Of a DNA stretch of 64,000 nt, positions 27,373 through 35,571 are shown in pieces. The notes under the pieces were generated by a model. It was not told where the DNA came from and did not search any database. It worked only from the letters and a program-made list of their open reading frames with translations. The stretch's first letter is position 1. The number at the start of each line of letters is the position of its first letter. Where the stretch lies: positions 41,499 through 105,498 of the forward strand of contig CAZKWF010000002.1 in assembly GCA_964556565.1 (NCBI GenBank). Reading direction: 5' to 3'. The position numbers and the translations under genes were made by a program. This stretch comes from an uncultured Candidatus Bathyarchaeia archaeon. Lineage in GTDB: Archaea > Thermoproteota > Bathyarchaeia > Bathyarchaeales > Bathyarchaeaceae.

Positions 27373-27510
27373 TTACTGAAGCATTCTCTTCTCTAGTCTG
27401 GCGAGTTTTTTCTTCTTTTTCTTCTCTTTTCTTTCTTTCTTCTTAAGCGGCTTAGGTTTCCCTGCTCCTCTTTCCCTTCCTTTTTTTCCACCTCTCGTTC
27501 CTCCACTCAC
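27373..27510 (-). CDS. candidate 45-aa highly basic Lys/Arg/Glu-rich ORF
   Basis: GTG start with GGAGGG 6 nt upstream. Translation: (M)SGGTRGGKKGRERGAGKPKPLKKKERKEKKKKKKLARLEKRMLQ. Encoded by a ~120-nt polypurine tract. The sequence is low-complexity, so the call is uncertain. Confidence 0.25.
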   Translation of the reverse strand: MSGGTRGGKKGRERGAGKPKPLKKKERKEKKKKKKLARLEKRMLQ

Positions 27511-27614
27511 AGGGTTCCCTCCTTCTTTTCAACATGAAACAGATAGTTACGTTTCCTAAAAAATCTTTGTTCTTTTATGCTCAGTCTAAGGTCTGTAAAC
27601 CATGTAAAGAGTTA

Positions 27615-27692
27615 TGGTGGACCGGGCGGGATTTGAACCCGCGTCCTCCTGGATGCAAGCCAGGCATTCATACCAAGCTGAACTACCGGCCC
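27615..27692 (-). tRNA. tRNA-Ala (anticodon TGC), CCA encoded
   Basis: The acceptor carries the G3:U70 alanine identity pair. Anticodon loop CTTGCAT, T-loop TTCAAAT. Confidence 0.9.
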
Positions 27693-27753
27693 ACCTAGAT
27701 GTCATGAGCAACAACGTTGAACTAAACTTTTTCGCTAAGAAAAGAATGGTGAG

Positions 27754-27827
27754 GGCCGGGGCCGGGATTTGAACCCGGGCGCCAGGCTCCACAGGCCTGT
27801 AGGCTACCAGGCTACCTCACCCCGGCC
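27754..27827 (-). tRNA. tRNA-His (anticodon GTG) with encoded G-1
   Basis: An extra 5' G pairs with discriminator C73. Anticodon loop CTGTGGA, T-loop TTCAAAT. Confidence 0.9.
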
Positions 27828-27942
27828 ACTTTTTTGTCTCTAGATTGCGTGCGCTGTTTGATTAAGAGTTTCTAGACATTGTTAAGCCTTTTGACCGTCT
27901 TCTCTGTCAGGCTTTAATATTCGTATCGATAATCTATTCTCA

Positions 27943-28413
27943 GTGAGTTTCATGTCTAATCCTTCTCCATCTGATTTAGTGATAATTGAGTCTAAGTTAA
28001 AGGGAAAAACCTTACTTGTGTACTGGCATCTGCTAAAGTCTCCAACGTCTAAGGTGGGCGTTCGTGAAATTCAGCGTTCTCTACACTTTTCTAGTCCCAG
28101 CGTGGCTGCTCATCACCTAGACAAACTTCTTTCGCTTGGGTTGGTTGATAAGAGCAGGACAGGAGAATATTTTCTAGTTCAGGAAGTTAAGGTCGGTCTT
28201 CTAAGATTTTTCACAAAGCTGGGGCGTTTCCTCGTTCCCCGCTACCTTTTCTATTCTGTTTGGCTTTCAACTATGCTAGCGTTCTATCTAATATTCTACG
28301 GATTCAGTTGGCCAACTTGCGTCCACAACATAGCTGCTATCATTCTCGGCACTCTAGCATCTTTCATTCTATGGTTTGAAACCATTAGGCTTTGGAGGGA
28401 AAAGCCGTTCTAA
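27943..28413 (+). CDS. wHTH protein with C-terminal transmembrane helices
   Basis: N-terminal wHTH-like segment (VGVREIQRSLHFSSPSVAAHHLDKLLSLGLV) followed by 2-3 hydrophobic helices. Confidence 0.5.
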   Translation: MSFMSNPSPSDLVIIESKLKGKTLLVYWHLLKSPTSKVGVREIQRSLHFSSPSVAAHHLDKLLSLGLVDKSRTGEYFLVQEVKVGLLRFFTKLGRFLVPRYLFYSVWLSTMLAFYLIFYGFSWPTCVHNIAAIILGTLASFILWFETIRLWREKPF

Positions 28414-28488
28414 ATGAAACACGAGGTGTTCTAAAACGTGGCTTTAAAAGCACGGTTTAGCCTCTCATAACATGGAGAAGACAGGATA

Positions 28489-28818
28489 ATGAAAAAAACA
28501 GTGCTCTACGTGTTTACTGCAGTTTTGCTAGGCATAGCCATGATGATTATGCCATTATGGTTCTCTTGGACTTCTCAAGTAACCTTTGCCGCAGAAGAAA
28601 AAAATCTTGAGGATTTTACGGAAGCTCTACTTCGTGCCGCTTCAACCCCCGAAAGATGGGAGGACGCACAAAAGGACTCTTATCAAGTCAGTCATAAGCC
28701 AACGGCGTCGTACGAAGGCGTTGAGATTTTTGCAGTTGGTTTCATTTTGGCATTGGCTGCCCGCTTCATTATCAAGAGACGAGCACCATATCCGCGCTTT
28801 CCAATTCGTCCAGTCTAG
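28489..28818 (+). CDS. small membrane protein (hypothetical)
   Basis: 109 aa with N- and C-terminal hydrophobic helices. No family recognised. Confidence 0.4.
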   Translation: MKKTVLYVFTAVLLGIAMMIMPLWFSWTSQVTFAAEEKNLEDFTEALLRAASTPERWEDAQKDSYQVSHKPTASYEGVEIFAVGFILALAARFIIKRRAPYPRFPIRPV

Positions 28819-28823
28819 CTGTT

Positions 28824-29600
28824 CTACTTTCTAAGGGCTTTACGTGCGAAAGTGATGTAGCCCGTGTGCCCTGTCATCAAAGTTTCAGGTCGTGTTTTTC
28901 CTTTCACGATTTGCATCCGTCTCATGAGACATTCGACGGTTTCAATGGCCACGAATGCGTTTTCTTTCAAAGCTTCGACAGTTTTCACGACCTGGTCGAT
29001 CGTGGGACTGAAAGAGACAAGGGTGCCACTTCCCTTCAAAGCCGAGTAAGCGTGGGAGATAACCAGCCATGGAGTTGCTAGGTCAAGAATGACAGCGTCT
29101 ACATCTTGCTCATCTATACCCTCTGTAACATCTTTGTTTTTAAGCTCCACATATTTGGATACACCAGCTCTCTCCAAGTTTTTAGACGCCGTCTCCATGA
29201 ACTCTTGTCGAACTTCGTAACTGTAGATGCATCCTTCTGGTTTGACGTAAAATGCGAGGGCGGTGGTAAGTGCTCCGGTTCCGGTGCCCGCTTCCACAAT
29301 ACGGCTGTCTGGGCCGGCTCCGCTGAACATGACAATGAGTGCGATGTCTTTTGGATATGTTATCTGCGTCTTTCTCAGCATCTTGAAAACGTAGTCTCTT
29401 AAGATGGGTTTCAGGGCCACAAATTCGACGCCCATGCTACTTGTTACACAGGTTCCATATTCCTTTCCGATCAACTCGTCCAGTTGAATGAAGCCCTTAT
29501 GAGTGTGAAAACTTTTCTCCTTCTCCACCATAACCAGATACGTTCTTCTTCGATCCAGATATAGCAGAACGCGGTCTCCCTCGCTAATAGTTTGCGACAA
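28824..29600 (-). CDS. trmI: tRNA (adenine58-N1)-methyltransferase TrmI/Trm61 family
   Basis: N-terminal beta-domain (GDRVLLYLDRRRTYLV...HTHKG). SAM motif VEAGTGTGALT. Confidence 0.8.
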   Translation of the reverse strand: MSQTISEGDRVLLYLDRRRTYLVMVEKEKSFHTHKGFIQLDELIGKEYGTCVTSSMGVEFVALKPILRDYVFKMLRKTQITYPKDIALIVMFSGAGPDSRIVEAGTGTGALTTALAFYVKPEGCIYSYEVRQEFMETASKNLERAGVSKYVELKNKDVTEGIDEQDVDAVILDLATPWLVISHAYSALKGSGTLVSFSPTIDQVVKTVEALKENAFVAIETVECLMRRMQIVKGKTRPETLMTGHTGYITFARKALRK

Positions 29601-29659
29601 TAGGGTCTACCGTGCCCATCTAAACTGACCTACAAGATAATAACGTTGCGGGCTTTTGT

Positions 29660-31138
29660 CTATGGCGTATACTTAAAGGGGTGTTTGGCTCGCTCCTTGT
29701 TCTCTATGATTTCTCCAACCGTAGGTCTACCCTCCATCGCCCGCCGTATAGCATGCCTCATGGCCTTGTAATTGTTTATATAAACCCGTTGACGATCCAC
29801 AGCAGTCGGATGAACAAAAACGTTAGCAATGATAATCAAATCCTCAACAGCCCCCTTAGGTACAATTCCATCCGCCAAGCTATCTGCCACCGCCTTTGCC
29901 ACAGCAGCTTGCGCTGGGCCGTAAACCATGCTAGCCTGCCTCATACTCTTAATCGTAACAGTCGGGACAATGAGCGTTACTGGCTTAACAGTAAGATTAG
30001 GCTCTAGAATAGCAATTAGAGGCTCATGCCCAGGCGTTGGGGTAGCTTTGGCCTTTGCGTAAGCCTCACCTAGTGGGCCAGTCTTCTTTCCAATCATCAA
30101 GTCTATATGTGCAACTTCAGCGCCTTTTCCAGCTAAAGCCTCACCAACGCGCAGGTGAAAGTCTCGGATGATTTTTGGCGTGACCTCGATGGCGGTGAAG
30201 CGTTCTTCCAAAATTTTCTCCTCGATTTCAAATTTGATGGGTTTCGGAGTGATCTTTCCAATCTTTTCTAAGTCGAGACGAAGCTCTTCCCGTGCCTCGT
30301 ACGTCAACTCTCCCCCGACACTTAACGGCATTCTCACTGGGCCAACTTTCATGCCCATCATATTTAGCGCCTCTTTTGTTCCCACAGCTCCGCTTCTAGC
30401 GATTATTCTTGCGATTTTCTGCACTTTATATTGCAGTTCACGAGCCTTCTTGAGGTCGCCTTTTTGAACTGAATTGTAGACATCAACCCATACATCTGGC
30501 ATAACATTGGCACTTGCCAGTATGGCGCCTGAAGCACCAGCGGCAAGGGCGGATAGAACCACCTCGTCGTAACCGCATAATACATTGATCTTGTCTCTGA
30601 CTTTCTCCAAGACTGCGAGAATGAATTTCAACTCTCCGCTGCTGTCTTTTATGCCGACTATGTTAGGGATTTGTGCAAGGTCTTCAACCATTTGCCAACT
30701 CAGCCAAACTCCAGTGCATTGGGGAATATTATAGAGAATAACGGGGAAATCAACCTTGGTTGCAATGGTGTAGAAGTGCTCGTAGATGCCCCGGTCAGTA
30801 GGCTTCAGATAAAACGGCGTCACAATCAGCGCTGCATCTGCACCAGCGTCCTTAGCGTACCTTGTCATTTTAAGGGCTTGATCGGTCCCACTTGCGCCAG
30901 TTCCCGCAACCACCGACACTCTGCCGTTAACTTCATCCACAACGATATCAATCAACTTCTTCTTTTCATCCTCTGTAAGATTTACGAACTCACCCGTTGT
31001 GCCGCACGGGACAACCCCGCTCACTCCTTTTTCGATACAGTGGTTGACGAGGTTACGCATTCTTTCCTCATCCAATTTTCTTCCATCTTTAGTGAACGGA
31101 GTTACCAAAGCGGGTAAGATTCCTTCTGGCTTGAACAT
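29660..31138 (-). CDS. fusion protein: DapA/NAL-family class I aldolase (N-terminal) plus formaldehyde-activating enzyme Fae (C-terminal)
   Basis: Start at ATG 31138 (MFKPEGILPALVTPF). GTTGE, YNIP and the Schiff-base Lys context GIKDSSG. The C-terminal 163 aa (29663-30151) match Fae (GEALAGKGAEVAHIDLMIG...HPFKY). Confidence 0.8.
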   Translation of the reverse strand: MFKPEGILPALVTPFTKDGRKLDEERMRNLVNHCIEKGVSGVVPCGTTGEFVNLTEDEKKKLIDIVVDEVNGRVSVVAGTGASGTDQALKMTRYAKDAGADAALIVTPFYLKPTDRGIYEHFYTIATKVDFPVILYNIPQCTGVWLSWQMVEDLAQIPNIVGIKDSSGELKFILAVLEKVRDKINVLCGYDEVVLSALAAGASGAILASANVMPDVWVDVYNSVQKGDLKKARELQYKVQKIARIIARSGAVGTKEALNMMGMKVGPVRMPLSVGGELTYEAREELRLDLEKIGKITPKPIKFEIEEKILEERFTAIEVTPKIIRDFHLRVGEALAGKGAEVAHIDLMIGKKTGPLGEAYAKAKATPTPGHEPLIAILEPNLTVKPVTLIVPTVTIKSMRQASMVYGPAQAAVAKAVADSLADGIVPKGAVEDLIIIANVFVHPTAVDRQRVYINNYKAMRHAIRRAMEGRPTVGEIIENKERAKHPFKYTP

Positions 31139-31282
31139 ACAAAACCTCCAAACTGTCTTTCCAGACCCTACGTATTGTAACAACACTATATTTCTATATT
31201 TCCAGAGTAACGTTAAACACCAGTAGGATAAATAATATGTAATTCCATAAACTGTATTTTAGCACATTTTGACGGAGGACTA

Positions 31283-33103
31283 TTGGCGATGCTTGGAGGT
31301 TATACTGGAAAAATTCTCAAAGTAAACCTGACCAAAGGAAAAACCGAGATAGAAAAACTGGACGAAAAGATAGCTAGAAAATTTATCGGCGGAAAAGGAT
31401 TAGGCGCCAAAATCCTATATGACTCCATAAAACCCGGTATCGATCCGTTCAGTCCTGAAAATCTGCTCATCTTCGCCTCAGGTCCATTAACCGCTACGTT
31501 AGCTCCCTCATCTGCTCGATCTGCTGTTGTAACAAAATCACCCCTTACAGGAATCTTTTTAGATACACAATTTGGAGGCTTTTTCGGCGTCGAAATGAAG
31601 CTAGCAGGCTTTGATTGCGTGGTCATACGTGGTAAAGCCGCCAGCCCTACATATCTATGGATTCACGAAAATTTCGCTGAACTTATGAACGCCGATGATT
31701 TGTGGGGTAAAGGCTGCTTCGAAACCGAAAGAAAATTGAAGAATCGTTTGGGCAAAAGAGTCAAAGTAGCCTCTATCGGCCCTGCAGGAGAGTGTCTTGT
31801 CCGATATGCATGTGTCACTTTTGATAAGTATAGGCAAGCGGGTCGAGGTGGCGCTGGCGCGGTGATGGGATCTAAAAACATGAAAGCTGTAGTTGTGCAC
31901 GGTGCAGGTAAGATCAAATATGCCGATCTTGAAGGTTTCAGAGAAGCCACCAAGGCAGCAACTAAAAGAATTAAAGAGCATTATTACACTCCCTTGCGGA
32001 AGAAATATGGGACTCCCTTATGGGTTGCTCCTGTAAATGAGGCAGCACTACTTCCAACTAGGAATTTTACAACTGGAGTGTTTGAAGGAGCCGACAACAT
32101 TTCAGGAGAAACCATGAGAAGCAAAATCGTCACAAAGGACGGCGCATGTTACAATTGTCCGATTGCGTGCTGGAAATACAGTCAAGTTGACTCGGGCAAG
32201 TATAGAGTAGATGAACTTGTTGGCCCTGAGTATGAAACGATTGCATTGATGGGTTCAAACTGCGGTGTAGACTCCATTGAAAACATTGCATACGCAAATC
32301 TGTTGTGCGATGATCTTGGTTTGGACACCATTTCTACGGGAAATGTGATCGGCTTTGCCATGGAATGCTTTGAAAAAGGCTTAATCAAGAAGGAGGACAC
32401 GGGAGGTCTTGAGTTGCGTTTTGGTAACGCAGATGCTGAAATAAAAATGGTGGAAAACATCGCTTGCCGAAAAGGATTAGGAAACACACTTGGCGAAGGA
32501 GTAAAGAGAGCAGCTAAAAAGATCGGAAAAAGTTCAGAAAGTTTTGCGATGCATGTGAAAGGCTTAGAGTTTCCTGGCTATGATCCTAGAGGAGCCTTCG
32601 GGATGGCACTGGCCTACGCAACATCTGACCGGGGGGCCTGTCACCAGAGAGTATGGACTGTTAGTGCAGAAATTCGAGGGCGTTTGACCCCCAGATATTC
32701 AACTGAAGGTCGAGCCAAGTTTGTGAAGAACGTTCAAGATGAAAGAGCGGTGTGTTTCTCTCTTGTTCTCTGCGACTTTATGCCACTGAAAACCAAGCAT
32801 TTCACAGAGCTTCTGAATACTGCAACGGGCTTCAACCTCACTGAAGACGAATATCTGAAAACAGGAGAAAGAATCTGGAACCTAACCAGACTATTCAATA
32901 TCCGTGAGGGCATAACGAGGAAGGATGATACTCTACCACCACGCATTATGGAAGAACCGTTGCCAGACGGTGTGGCAAAAGGACAAATGATAACAAAGAA
33001 CATGCTTGACGAAATGCTTGACGAATATTACGCTTTAAGAGGATGGAGCGAAAACGGTATTCCAACTCAAGAGAAGTTGAAGGATTTGGACCTGGCATCT
33101 TAA
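31283..33103 (+). CDS. aor: aldehyde:ferredoxin oxidoreductase family (tungstopterin enzyme)
   Basis: N-terminal YTGKILKVNLTKG. [4Fe-4S] ligands (CYNCPIAC). AOR family domains 2/3. The start could be ATG 31289. Confidence 0.9.
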   Translation: MAMLGGYTGKILKVNLTKGKTEIEKLDEKIARKFIGGKGLGAKILYDSIKPGIDPFSPENLLIFASGPLTATLAPSSARSAVVTKSPLTGIFLDTQFGGFFGVEMKLAGFDCVVIRGKAASPTYLWIHENFAELMNADDLWGKGCFETERKLKNRLGKRVKVASIGPAGECLVRYACVTFDKYRQAGRGGAGAVMGSKNMKAVVVHGAGKIKYADLEGFREATKAATKRIKEHYYTPLRKKYGTPLWVAPVNEAALLPTRNFTTGVFEGADNISGETMRSKIVTKDGACYNCPIACWKYSQVDSGKYRVDELVGPEYETIALMGSNCGVDSIENIAYANLLCDDLGLDTISTGNVIGFAMECFEKGLIKKEDTGGLELRFGNADAEIKMVENIACRKGLGNTLGEGVKRAAKKIGKSSESFAMHVKGLEFPGYDPRGAFGMALAYATSDRGACHQRVWTVSAEIRGRLTPRYSTEGRAKFVKNVQDERAVCFSLVLCDFMPLKTKHFTELLNTATGFNLTEDEYLKTGERIWNLTRLFNIREGITRKDDTLPPRIMEEPLPDGVAKGQMITKNMLDEMLDEYYALRGWSENGIPTQEKLKDLDLAS

Positions 33104-33124
33104 GTGCCGATCGATTGGTCTCTT

Positions 33125-34408
33125 CTAGTATTTGTGTAAGTTCCGAGCGGCGATAAACGTTAAACCACGCTCAGTGAGGGCTTTGGCAGTTCTGTTCACC
33201 GAGTCATGTTTGTCGAGAAAATTAATTGTAAGCTTTGGCATCAGACCCTGTGCGAGTATATCTTTTTTGGGAATGAAGTATTCCAAGATGTCTGACGGGT
33301 GCTCTCGGGTTGCCTCAATCTCAGGGGATCCACCCTCATGCTTAGCGCTAATGTTTTTCACATGGTCCGCGATTTCCAGAAGTTCGTTCAATCGATCATA
33401 TGGCTGCCTAACAATGCTCTTGCAGGTTTCCACAATATGGTGTTCGATGCGAACGATGTCATCAAAGTCAAAGGCTTTTCGTATATACGCTGATAGTTCA
33501 ATCGTCTCATTATTGACAGAATTCGAAAGGTTAAAGCCGATGAGAGGACTCGTGCCATCATCCCGACTGAAGAGTTTTGCAGTCATTAATGTCCAGAAGC
33601 AGGCATAGGGATTATCATTGCCCAGAAATACTGAAATCTTAAACTCGATGTCAATTCCGAGTTTGTAGAGCCAGTAGCCCAGCATTACGCCCCCGAGGTT
33701 TACATTCAATACTTGCCGAACACCATATTCAGTGTAATAATGAAGAAATTCATCGACCCATTTCAAGGCGTATTTATTTGGCACCCCCACGCCTCCGAAA
33801 TAGCCTGTGATAGTTCCGGGACCTCCTAAATGAACGTTAATAGGCAACCCATCGGGTCCGGGCAGGGTTCCTTTTGTGTCTAATGTTTCCACGTAGGAAG
33901 CACCTATAATTTGCATCGCCGCTGCGAACGCGAGGATTTCATCGTCCTCAACTTGTTCTTTCATGAAGCGGACGCGTATGAAGCGACTAGGCATGAGGTC
34001 TTGCTGTGCAATGGCTTTCTTTGCTTCTTCTATGAGCCACGGGAAAAAGTTGCAAGCACTGATTTCTAGGGTAACAGCAAACGACTCATCGAACGTCATG
34101 GAATCAGTTCTATCTCCTAGAATTTTTCTGCGATAGTCTGAGATGCTGATAAAAGCATCTTTATCCCGTTGTTCAATCAGCCACTCAAGATCTTTCACAA
34201 AAGGCGAGTTTTTCGCCCTAAGTCGGGCTATAAGATTTTTGAGCTTGCGGGCTTCCCGAGCCTTGCGGTTAATCTCATCAACACCACCATACTTTGCAAT
34301 GACTTTTAGCAAACCACTTACAAGAGGGTTGTCTTCTTTCAGAAGAAAATCGTTGATTTCCCTTAGAGTTTCCTTTTTAATTGTCAGTTTTTGCCTGAGA
34401 TCAGTCAT
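33125..34408 (-). CDS. conserved-looking hypothetical protein (427 aa), family not recognised
   Basis: Long uninterrupted ORF with alternating alpha/beta-like segments (HLGGPGTITGYFGGVGVPN, NVNLGGVMLGYW). Sits between aor and etfBA-acd. Confidence 0.6.
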   Translation of the reverse strand: MTDLRQKLTIKKETLREINDFLLKEDNPLVSGLLKVIAKYGGVDEINRKAREARKLKNLIARLRAKNSPFVKDLEWLIEQRDKDAFISISDYRRKILGDRTDSMTFDESFAVTLEISACNFFPWLIEEAKKAIAQQDLMPSRFIRVRFMKEQVEDDEILAFAAAMQIIGASYVETLDTKGTLPGPDGLPINVHLGGPGTITGYFGGVGVPNKYALKWVDEFLHYYTEYGVRQVLNVNLGGVMLGYWLYKLGIDIEFKISVFLGNDNPYACFWTLMTAKLFSRDDGTSPLIGFNLSNSVNNETIELSAYIRKAFDFDDIVRIEHHIVETCKSIVRQPYDRLNELLEIADHVKNISAKHEGGSPEIEATREHPSDILEYFIPKKDILAQGLMPKLTINFLDKHDSVNRTAKALTERGLTFIAARNLHKY

Positions 34409-34426
34409 GAATCGTCCTCCAAATTC

Positions 34427-34553
34427 AAGTCCGAGATTGGATTAGTGCGCGCTAATATAAGAATTCCTAGATTAAAGGGTTCTAGAAGGCTTCAGTATGA
34501 AGCATTGGGCGGTGTCGTTAGAGCATTGGAGTTCGAGTCTCCCCGGACTTCCA
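34427..34553 (+). ncRNA. tRNA-like element / degenerate tRNA (T-arm, acceptor-like closing helix, no recognisable anticodon arm)
   Basis: GTTAGAGC...GGAGTTCGAGTCTCCCCGGACTTCCA resembles the 3' part of the tRNA at 27240. AAGTCCG (34427) pairs perfectly with CGGACTT (34544). Confidence 0.25.
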
Positions 34554-34782
34554 TGCTTTTGAAAGAGAACACTTTTCATTAATAAAATCGGTTTGTGCGA
34601 CAACTCATTCTTCTTAAACTTGCTTACCTATCATGCATGCATTATGGATATTATGGAGCTAGTTGCCGAGGGGCTTTTATCCTAGAGTGAACAACACGGG
34701 TGATTAAAAGAGTTAAATATTGAGAACACCATTTTTCTCAAATCTACGGTTCAGATGGCAGGTAGATAGGGAAGCGAATGGA

Positions 34783-35571
34783 ATGAATGTAATTGTCTGT
34801 GTGAAGCATGTCCCAGAAACAGCCGAGGCAGAAATTGCTATTCATGAAAGCGGAAAAGGAATAAAGACAGAAGACCTCGTTTTCGACATCAACGAGTGGG
34901 ATGACTACGCTGTTGAAGAAGCAGTTTTATTGAGCCAAAAACTTGGAGGCTCGGTTACCGCTGTAACAGTAGGCTCAGAAGACGCTGATAGCACATTGAG
35001 AAAATGTCTGGCTAGGGGAGCAGACAGAGCAATAAGGTTAACGGATAATGCATTCGAGGGGTCAGATAGCTACGCCATCGCCAAGATATTGTACAAGGCG
35101 ATCAAAGATTTGCCCTTCGATTTGATTTTAACTGGAGCTCAAGCTGGCGACGACGGCTGTGCCCAAGTTGGCGTTGTGCTGGCGGAGTTGCTTGGAATTC
35201 CTCACGTAACTATGGTGAAGAATATTGAATCCATGGAAGGACTTGTGAAGGTTAATCGCGAGCTAGAAGGCGGTTTAGAGGAGATCGTGGAAGTGAAGTC
35301 GCCAGTGTTGTTCACCGTCCAAACTGGAATCAATGAACCTAGATACATATCAATAATGGGTATCAGGAAAGCTATGAAGAAGGAGATAAAGACCCTAAGC
35401 TTGAGGGATGTTGGCTTAACAGAAGAAGAAGTTGGAGAATCTGGATCATGGATAACCGTGGAAAAGATGTTTATACCTCCAGTAGAGAAGGAAGCCGAAA
35501 TTTTAACTGGAGGAGTTGACGAAATCGCAACGAAAATCGTTGAAACTCTGAGGACCAGGGGGTTGATCTAG
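34783..35571 (+). CDS. etfB: electron transfer flavoprotein beta subunit
   Basis: Start at ATG 34783 (MNVIVCVKHVPE). Typical EtfB/FixA sequence. Confidence 0.85.
   Translation: MNVIVCVKHVPETAEAEIAIHESGKGIKTEDLVFDINEWDDYAVEEAVLLSQKLGGSVTAVTVGSEDADSTLRKCLARGADRAIRLTDNAFEGSDSYAIAKILYKAIKDLPFDLILTGAQAGDDGCAQVGVVLAELLGIPHVTMVKNIESMEGLVKVNRELEGGLEEIVEVKSPVLFTVQTGINEPRYISIMGIRKAMKKEIKTLSLRDVGLTEEEVGESGSWITVEKMFIPPVEKEAEILTGGVDEIATKIVETLRTRGLI

Noticed and set aside
27586-27792. ORFs lying over tRNA genes: 27586-27792, 42492-42764 and the 5' third of 24418-24777.
   Set aside because: Their sequences are translations of tRNA-Ala/His, tRNA-Pro and tRNA-Leu (for example GFEPG, WVRIPP). These are classic spurious ORFs.
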